A stretch of DNA of 64,000 nucleotides, from assembly GCA_964016885.1 (NCBI GenBank), contig OZ024757.1, forward strand, positions 13,702,001 through 13,766,000. The letters run 5' to 3'. The position numbers and the translations under genes are program-made. Below, one piece after another: positions 54,832-64,000 of the stretch. Within the stretch, counting starts at the first letter, position 1. Each line of letters opens with the position of its first letter. The stretch comes from Eledone cirrhosa (Eukaryota). Under the pieces are notes generated by a model. That model saw only the letters and a program-made list of their open reading frames with translations. It was not told the origin of the DNA and searched no databases.

Positions 54832-55464
54832 TATATACATTGTCATACACACTGACTAATATATATATCCCTTTAGCATTCACATTATTTTATATATACT
54901 ATTATATGTTCATGGTGAAGGCTTTACCTCACAGAATTATCTCACATAATATCGAATCTATGAGAGTTTGAAAGTATTTATTTTGAGAACAATACCTTAA
55001 CATCAATTTGAGCGACCAGTTAGAGCCAGTTTCAACAGAAAAAGAGAGAGAATTGTGGCCGGTTTGAACGCTAAAGGGTTAAATATATTCAGAACTAGCT
55101 GTCGAAACGGCAGTTGGGTGCGGATGCATTCATGTATATATATATGTGTGTGTATATATATATGTGTGTGTCCGCATGTATCTGTGTGTTTCCAAATATA
55201 TTAACAACTCACTCTGGTCGAGCAATCTTTGAAGTGTGGGGACAACTGGAAAGCTTCCATTACTCATACTTCTCGCCTTCTTCACTACCTCTTCTACGGC
55301 CTCGATATGAATACCCCCTCCGCCTCCGTGGTATTCTCTTCGTGGTTATAGGAGGCTTAGCTCTGTTTCTCGACCGTTATATCGCGTGACTATCTCCCCC
55401 TCCGCCTTTTGGGATTCTTTCTCACGTCGTGTAGACGCGTTCTTGAGACTAGTAAAATGAGGTA

Positions 55465-55552
55465 TCCTCTTGATAAGTCGGCAGACCTCGCAAGGACTCT
55501 ATATCTTTGATATATTGTTTTTGTTTATGCCACGAAACTACGTAGTCGAGGA
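55465..55552 (+). ncRNA. Hammerhead motif, U3-A8 variant, tandem copy 1
   Basis: TCCTC TTGATAA GTcGGCA..TGCCAC GAAA CTACGTAG TC GAGGA. Confidence 0.75.
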
Positions 55553-56059
55553 ATTTAGGAACAGTTTAGGTATGATACATTTTATTACTAATTATATCTA
55601 AATGTTTCTTCTCTCTTCATAATGTATTTTTAACTCTGATACTGGTTCAGTCTAGTTCAAACTGAATTGGTCTGTCCCAGTCATTCATTGAGCAACATCG
55701 GTGAAGTTGGCACCCTTAACTCACAGTTGGGTGCGGATGCATTCATGTATATATATATGTGTGTGTCCGCATGTATCTGTGTGTTTCCAAATATATTAAT
55801 AACTCCCTCTGGTCGAGCAATCTTTGAAGTGTGGGGACAACTGGAAAGCTTCCATTACTCATACTTCTCGCCTTCTTCACTACCTCTTCTACGGCCTCGA
55901 TATGAATACCCCCTCCGCCTCCGTGGTATTCTCTTCGTGGTTATAGGAGGCTTAGCTCTGTTTCTCGACCGTTATATCGCGTGACTATCTCCCCCTCCGC
56001 CTTTTGGGATTCTTTCTCACGTCGTGTAGACGCGTTCTTGAGACTAGTAAAATGAGGTA

Positions 56060-56147
56060 TCCTCTTGATAAGTCGGCAGACCTCGCAAGGACTCTATATC
56101 TTTGATATATTGTTTTTGTTTATGCCACGAAACTACGTAGTCGAGGA
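56060..56147 (+). ncRNA. Hammerhead motif, U3-A8 variant, tandem copy 2
   Basis: Identical to 55465-55552, offset by 595 nt. Confidence 0.75.
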
Positions 56148-56213
56148 ATTTAGGAACAGTTTAGGTATGATACATTTTATTACTAATTATATCTAAATGT
56201 TTCTTCTCTCTTC

Positions 56214-56266
<53 letters not shown>

Positions 56267-56517
56267 GATCGAGTATCGAAAAATCGGCGCACGAGTTCAC
56301 GATAAACAAAATTCGAAATGAGCGGCAGAGGGCTCAATAATTCAGATGAATCAGAGCTATAACTATCGTTAAAATACCGTCACATATAGAACAAGTCTAC
56401 AATCAACCATACGATAAAAAATCGATAATAGAAGATTCGGGACAAACAGATAAAAAATATCAATAAAACAATACATCAATAATTTAAATATATATATATA
56501 TATGGCAGGAAGGTATG

Positions 56518-56558
56518 CGATGCTGACGATAGCTAATAAGCTTGAAACTAGTACATCG
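56518..56558 (+). ncRNA. Minimal type I hammerhead motif
   Basis: CGATG CTGACGA t AGCT aata AGCT t GAAA CTAG TA CATCG. Confidence 0.85.
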
Positions 56559-57290
56559 TTCCTGTGTCAGTACGGCGTAATTCGGGCTGTTTGTTTGTCT
56601 GTTTACAAACAAACCGAGCATTATAATAAATGTTCGGCAAACGTTTGAACGTCTGAAAGTATATACTTTCCTTATGCATATTAACGGCTGAGCAGCCTAA
56701 TTTGCATATCGAGTGAGTTCAGTCGGCCGGGCGCACCGAAAACGATAAATGGAATAGAATGAAACGAAATTTTATTTCTCACTCTTAGTACGGCACTTAC
56801 TTAAATGTATGTATGTATACGTACATACATATATGTATACAGACGTACAGTAGTATGTATATATATACACACATGCACACATGTGTATATATATATAAAC
56901 CGATACGTGCATATATATATATGTATGCATGTGTGTATAAATATACACACTACTGTACGTCTGTATACATATATGTATGTACGTATACATACATACTTAC
57001 ATTTAAGTAAGTGCCGTACTAAGAGTGAGAAATGAAATTTCGTTTCATTCTATTCCATTTATATATATATATATATATGTAGATAAATCTACCAAGAGTT
57101 TACGGTAGTGTCCAATCCGTATGAAGAACTCAATGTATTCCGGATATCATGGAAAGAAGAGATGTAATGAAAAATCACTTTCGGTGAAAGATAAACGGTA
57201 TACAGAGTCAAGATAAAATATTAAACAAATAATGAATAAAACAATTGTTTTATTCATTATTCATTATTTGTTTTATTCATTATTTGTTTA

Positions 57291-57371
<81 letters not shown>

Positions 57372-58180
57372 AGGGCGGTGCGGAGTTGCAAATGGGTTAC
57401 ATATGAAAAAGTTTGTCCTTCATCAGTGATCTTCCAACCATCATAGGCATTTCATCGCTTTAAAGACCATATACCTCCGGTTGGTGCGAGCAACAGCTAA
57501 AAAAAAGTCGTTGGGATACGTAAATAAAGGGGACGCGAGGGTAAACAAACAAAATGGTGAAGCAACAGAAAGTGAGGAAGAAAGAGACAAGTCCCAGATT
57601 TCTATGAATTTAAGTTCGGTGAAATCGTGAACGAGAGAATAAAGACCATCAAACCTGGTTGAAATGTGAGCAAGGAAGGAATTTCGCACAGGTCTAAAGG
57701 GGGGAAGAAGGGGTCTGGTCTGCGAATTCGGTAAACATAAGTTCTGTGAAATCGTAGACGAGAGAGAGAAAAAATACCGACCAGCTTGGCCGAGAGTGCC
57801 AGAGAAAAGAATTACTCACAGGTCAAACGGGAAGAAAGAGGAGGAGGAGAGGTAGTGACAGAGAATGAGTGAGTGAAGGGTGAGGAAGAGTCTAACAGAG
57901 AGAGAGACTGCTAGAAAGGGTAAAGATACATAGAACGAAAAAGACGTGTAGCAGCAGAGGAAAAATATGTGTAAATATGATAATAAGGGCGCTGCGGAGT
58001 TGCAAATGGGTTACATATGAAAAAGTTTGTCCTTCATCAGTGATCTTCCAACCATCATAGGCATTTCATCGCTTTAAAGACCATATATCTCCGGTTGGTG
58101 CGAGCAACGGCTAAAAAAAGGTCGTTGGGACACGTAAATAAAGGGGACGCGAGGGTACTTTTTCATATATATATATACTT

Positions 58181-58250
<70 letters not shown>

Positions 58251-58336
58251 AAAAATTGAACGGGAACAAAACAGAGAGGCAGTACGAACAAAGGTTTATT
58301 AGTTTCACGCTCTTGAGAGTGGGGTGGTGGTGGGGA

Positions 58337-58368
58337 ACGACGTTTCGGGCATAAGCCCTTCTTCAGGT
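58337..58368 (-). ncRNA. Minimal hammerhead-like motif
   Basis: CTGAAGA a GGGC ttat GCCC GAAA CG TC, with a short stem I. A 5'-truncated paralog lies at about 44623-44650. Confidence 0.6.
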
Positions 58369-59364
58369 GAAAAGTGTGTGGGAAGAGAGTTCCAAGGGTG
58401 TGTAGGGGAGTGGTGGAGAGACATATAGAAAAAAGGGGGTGAGAGGAAACGGTACAAATGAAATTAAATATAAAAGCATAATAAAAATAAAAATAAATAT
58501 ATATATATATATATAGTGAACATCCGGAATTCACGGTTCCGGTTATTCGCGGAATTTTCCTTAGAACCTAACTAATAATTGTTCGTGGAAACTACCGCAT
58601 ATTCACGGAATCGTAAAATATCTTCTGCGATTTTTCATGGCTCTTTTCTTAGCAATATTGGCAGTATCGGTAGAGAGTCGGACGCCATGCTTTGCGACAA
58701 AGAGTTACGGCCCTTTATGATCTGAGTTCAAATCCCCCCGAAGTTAACTTTGCCTTTAATCCTCACGGGGTCGATAAAATAAAGTACCAGTCACGCACTG
58801 GGGTCGATTTAATCGACCCCCCCCCCCCCCAAATCATTGGCCTTGTGCCTATATAAACAAACCAATATATATATATATTTAATGATACATTATTAATAAC
58901 AATATACAGTATTTGCCGGCCTATATTTTACGTTATGCTTCGACGTTCATAGACATTTTTATGGACCACGTCCAATATTCGCGGGTTTTTTTTTTACTCT
59001 TCGCGGATGGTCTAGGAATGTAAAATATACAGTATCGGCAATTTTCTGATAGATTTATCGTTGAGCTACTCGCTGCTATCGGAACAGAGTTAGCTACCCG
59101 CAGGAGTGAGCTTTGTGAGATGGAATGGCTATTTCAACACGTCTTCCACGCAATCCTCCATAGAAATTGCCCCTAAACGTTTGTGGAAGGACAACAGTCA
59201 CCCATGCATACCAGTCTCCACTCTCCATGCCAAGAGAAATGGCCGATACAGTGACGTCGCAATTCATTTCTACAGTTGAGTAAACTGGAGCCACGTGAAA
59301 TAAAGTGTCTTGTCCAAGAGCCCAACGCATCAACCACTTAGCCATATGCCTATATGTACACACA

Positions 59365-59401
<37 letters not shown>

Positions 59402-59443
59402 GCGCGCACACACACACAGAATCGGAGACGATTTCATATACTA

Positions 59444-59537
59444 AGCATATCTGACGACCTTTCGATTACAGAGTCAGGTTCGATCTATAATAGGTCATGC
59501 CTCGAGCTGATCGATAGTGAAACATATGTAATATGTT
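59444..59537 (+). ncRNA. Long-stem-II hammerhead motif
   Basis: AGCATAT CTGACGA cCTtTCGAT..ATCGAtAGt GAAA CATATG TA ATATGTT. Confidence 0.8.
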
Positions 59538-59585
59538 ATTAAATATGTTATGATGCAACACTGAATCCTTGTTCCTTATCCTTAT

Positions 59586-59633
<48 letters not shown>

Positions 59634-60102
59634 ATTTTTTAAAGAATTCCCTTTTCTTTAAATCCATCAACCAATCACCTCCACCCATCCCAATCCCCAC
59701 CCTCTCCTAACACAAGAAAAGGTATAAATACCACCATATTACTTGGACAGTCGGCTTCCCCATGATTTCTCCCGAATGAAATAGTTCTAGTCCTGTAGAA
59801 GCCATTTCTATATTAAAGATTCTATATTAAAGATTTATACTCTGCTATGTATTGAGTACCTTACTTACTGTGGTTACCCCCGATTGAATCAGGAATAAAC
59901 TTATGAATATATGTGTTTGTGCGTGTGTTTGTTCGGATCTAGCTGTCGAAACGGCTGGAGCTCTGCCGTCGGGGTCCTGAATATGTTCGTATATATATAT
60001 ATATATATGTGTGTAACAAAGAGGGTGTGGGTTTTGACAAGTGGACCATAACGTACCAGCCGTCGGGGTCCTGACTCTTTTCCTATATCTATCTATATAT
60101 AT

Positions 60103-60940
60103 ATGCTCGGAAAAACTCTAGGCGTAGAGGAAGACGAACTGGCCAGTCTGTTCGGTAGGACCTTCTTCCCGGGACCGCTGGACAACTTCCAAAAGTCCCT
60201 GGCCTGGCAGTGCTACCGAGGAGCTCTACCAGTTTGTGACAAGCTCTACAGACATGGGCGCCCGGGCAGGGACCCTTCGAAAAAGATCTGTCCGAGATGC
60301 GTGCGAGACGAAGAAACCGTCGCGCACGCATTCGTACACTTCCCGGGCGTTACCGACCTGTGGGGCTATGTAGAACGACTATTGTCGCGGGTGGGACCAA
60401 TCCGGTTGACCACCGAGTCCATTGTCATGATCAAACCGCCACTCTCCTTCAAAAACGAAGGAGAGGCGGTTTTCCTTTGTGTAATAGCTATGGCGAAAGA
60501 GGTTGTATGGTGGACAAGGTTGAAAGGGCTGAGGTCAGACACCTTTCTCTCCGGCCAACAACTGATTCTTTTCTTCAAATACCACTTTGGAAGAAGAATC
60601 AGGATGGAGAGAGAGGTGCTGTACCCCAGCAAGTTTTATGAAAGGTGGGTGAAAGTGGCGAGAATGGCCCGAGTGAATGGGCCTTCTCTTTATATCAGCC
60701 TGTAGGTTGAGGAAAAAGAGAAAGAGAGGAAAGAGTACTCACTCTTCGTACTCCTGGAGATGAGGGTTGCACATTTTTTGGGGGGTATGTGTTACCCATA
60801 TGTAATGTCTCCCCCTATTGGAGAAAATCGATTAATTTTTAAATTGCATTTGTGATAATATTTTACACGTTTTTATTGTATGTAAACTTCCCCCTTTGTA
60901 TTGTCCCCTTCCTTTGTGCCCCTGTGGCTAATAAGGAAAC
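60103..60940 (+). mobile_element. 3' fragment of Tx1/L1-like LINE (zf-RVT-type C-terminus plus 3' UTR)
   Basis: KSLAWQCYRGALPV..CPRC..EETVAHAF resembles the L1/Tx1 ORF2 C-terminal zinc-binding region. A paralog lies at 100-665. Confidence 0.85.
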
Positions 60941-61297
60941 ATATCTATATATATACATATATTCATGTATATATGTATGAAGCGATCGACTTGAAAGATC
61001 GAAGGCACTGCCACTTTGCTTGTACCCACCAGTATTGAGTCCTCTCTCAGCTAATATTTGAATGTTTGAAATACTACGGTATTTTAAACATGTACGTATG
61101 TATATATGCATGCGTATACATACACATTGTACAGCAACAGACAATTTATATCTTTGCACGTGTTTATATGAAGAAAGTGTCTAGCCAGGTGTATATAATA
61201 TATACATAGATGCTTCCCTTCACCTCACTTAGCGTTCTTTGTTATCGGGAACAGAAGCGACGGTTGAAAGACGCTAGGGTTTTATCAACTTTGTTAG

Positions 61298-62542
61298 CGG
61301 TGGTGTTCGTGGTGGTGGTGTTGGTGGTGTTTGTGGTGGTGGTGGTGGTGGTGGTGGTGGTGTTGGTGATGGTGGTAGTGATGGTAGTGGTGATGGTGGT
61401 GTTGGTGGTGGTGGTGGTGATGGTGGTGATGGTGGTGGTGATGGTGGTGGTGGTGGTGGTGGTGGCAGTGATGGTAGTGGTGATGGTGGTGTTGGTGCTG
61501 GTGGTGGTGGTGGTGGTGTTGGTGGTAATGATGGTAGTGGCGATGGTGATATTGGTGGTGGTGGTGGTGGTGTTGATGGTGACAGTGGTGTTGGTAGTGA
61601 TGGTGGTGGTGGTGTTGGTGGTGACAGTGGTGTTGGTCGTGATGGTGATGGTGGTAGTGATGGTGGTAGTGATGGTGGTGGTGTTGGTGGTGTTGGTCAT
61701 GGTGGTAGTGATGGTGGTGATGGTGGTGGTGTTGGTGGTGGTGGTAGTGATGGTAGTGGTGATGGTGGTAGTGGTGGTGGTGGTGGTGGTGGTGGTGGTG
61801 GTGGTGGTGATGGTGGTGATGGTGGTGGTGGTGGCGGTGGTGTTGGTGGTGATAGTGATGGTGGTAGTGATGGTGGTGGTGTTGGTGGTGTTGGTGATGG
61901 TGGTAGTGATGGTGGTGGTGTTGGTGGTGGTGGTAGTGATGGTGGTGATGGTGGTGGTGTTGGTGGTGATGGTGGTGGTGTTGGTGGTGGTGGTGGTGGT
62001 GGTTGTAGTGATGGTAGTGGTGGTGGTGGTGGTGTTGGTGGTGTTGGTAGTGATGGTGATGGTGGTGGTGTTGGTGGTGTTGGTGGTGTTGGTGGTGTTG
62101 ATGGTGGTGATGGTGGTGGTGGTGGTGGTGTTGATGGTGATGATGGTGGTGTTGGTGGTGTTGGTGGTGGTGATGGTAGTGGTGGTGGTGATGGTGGTGG
62201 TGGTAGTGATGGTGATGGTGGTGGTGTTGGTGGTGTTGGTGGTGTTGATTTGTGGTGATGGTGGCGTTGGTGGTGATGGTGATGATGGTGATGATGGTGG
62301 TGATGGTGGCGTTGGTGGTGATGGTGGTGATGGTGGCGTTGGTGGTGATGGTGGTGGTGGTGGTGGTGGTGTGGTGGTGTTGGTGGTGGAGGTGGTGATT
62401 GTGGTGGTTGGAGTGATAGTGGTGCTATTGGTGGTGATGGTGTTGGCGTTGGTGATATTTGTGGTGGTTGAGTGATGTTGGTGGTTGTGGTCATTTTGTT
62501 GGTAGCTGGTTATAGTAATGGCGGCGGTGGTGGTGGTGGTGG
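61298..62542. repeat. Degenerate (GGT/GAT/GTT)n array
   Basis: Directly visible. Source of the poly-Val, poly-Thr and poly-Pro pseudo-ORFs. Confidence 0.9.
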
Positions 62543-62624
62543 TCGGCGACGGTCCGCATCGGGATGCAGCGGTTGTCTCCATATATACGCCTCTATTGTT
62601 TCTGTCTGTGTGTGTGTGTGTACA

Positions 62625-62910
62625 CAAGGGCCTTGTTTCAGGGGGGGTACCAGGGGACAAATCCCCCCCCCCCCTCCACACTTTTCAAACGTCTATGTTT
62701 TATTTTTGTTTATTTGATATAATGAATTCTTTTTAAGCTTATTTTTTTATATCTGAACTTGAATATATAAAATTTAATTAGCGTAAAATTGTACTTATGT
62801 GATAGGGCCCGGGAAAGGCACTATAAGCAATACTTACATGCTCTCCTTTAAGAATCAACAAATGTTGGTTTGTCCCTTCTCTCACATTTCTAAGGCAAAC
62901 GAGGCCCCTG
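62625..62910. mobile_element. hAT-type MITE
   Basis: TIRs CAAGGGCCTTGTTT and AAACGAGGCCCCTG, with an 8-bp TSD TGTGTACA at 62617-62624 and 62911-62918. Confidence 0.85.
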
Positions 62911-63070
62911 TGTGTACATGTGTAAAATTATTTGTTTGTGTGTAGTGTATGTTTGTATATGTGTGTGAAAGGTTGTATGTGTGTGTATGAGAAGGTGGTA
63001 TTGTATATGTTGTGTCCTGATATGTAATGTCCCCTAACATATACAAATATATATATATATACATATATAT

Positions 63071-63141
<71 letters not shown>

Positions 63142-63143
63142 TG

Positions 63144-63175
<32 letters not shown>

Positions 63176-63304
63176 TATATATAACGATGCCGAGGTTAAC
63201 TTTGCCTTTCATCCTTACGGGGTCGATAAAATAAAGTACCAGTAATACACTGGAATAATTGCTGGCCTTGTGCCAAGAGTAGAAACAATTATTGATAACC
63301 TGAA

Positions 63305-63378
<74 letters not shown>

Positions 63379-63384
63379 TATATA

Positions 63385-63441
<57 letters not shown>

Positions 63442-63477
63442 TATATACATATATATATATATATTTATATATATATA

Positions 63478-63557
<80 letters not shown>

Positions 63558-63604
63558 TGTATATATATATATATATACTGTATATATATATATATATATA
63601 TATA

Positions 63605-63635
<31 letters not shown>

Positions 63636-63656
63636 CTGTATATATATATATATATA

Positions 63657-63916
<260 letters not shown>

Positions 63917-64000
63917 TGTATATATTTATATATATATATAACAAAGGAATTGTGGTAAGGAATCAGATGGACCATAACGCACCAGAGTACTCAATACTTA

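Larger units (their letters stand above)
55111..56218 (+). repeat. Near-identical direct duplication of about 500 bp with a 100-bp spacer
   Basis: 55111-55623 matches 55724-56218, differing mainly in microsatellite length. Confidence 0.95.

Noticed and set aside
55114-55984. Duplicated 91/105-aa ORFs with a hydrophobic C-terminus
   Set aside because: They start within or near microsatellite inside a repeat unit and show no recognisable domain. Not supportable as genes.
62838-62907. Candidate minus-strand exon (cag..GLVCLRNVREGTNQHLLILKGEH..gtaagt)
   Set aside because: It lies inside the hAT MITE, and the apparent acceptor is the TIR end.

Overview
AT-rich, microsatellite-dense eukaryotic genomic DNA. 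The repeat complement (tRNA-headed CORE- and Meta-type SINEs, RTE LINEs, Penelope fragments in (TA)n tracts) suggests an octopus or other coleoid cephalopod (inference). One host gene is clear: the first two coding exons of IMP3 (U3 snoRNP protein) on the minus strand (24666-24802, 10786-10893). The rest of the gene was not found and probably lies left of the window. Intron 1 holds a near full-length, frameshifted RTE LINE. Other elements are Tx1/L1-like and CRE-like fragments, a Penelope GIY-YIG fragment, piggyBac-, hAT- and mariner-type MITEs, a 97-bp satellite amplified from an RTE LINE fragment and a 42-bp satellite. The main hidden signal, read by eye, is about 19 type I hammerhead ribozyme motifs with intact cores plus several degenerate ones, from roughly a dozen sequence families. 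They include U3-A8 compensatory core variants, versions with long stem II insertions, covarying paralogs, and a tandem pair that would release a 595-nt retrozyme-like monomer. Almost all ORFs in the supplied track are microsatellite artefacts. All structures were folded manually and none has been tested.
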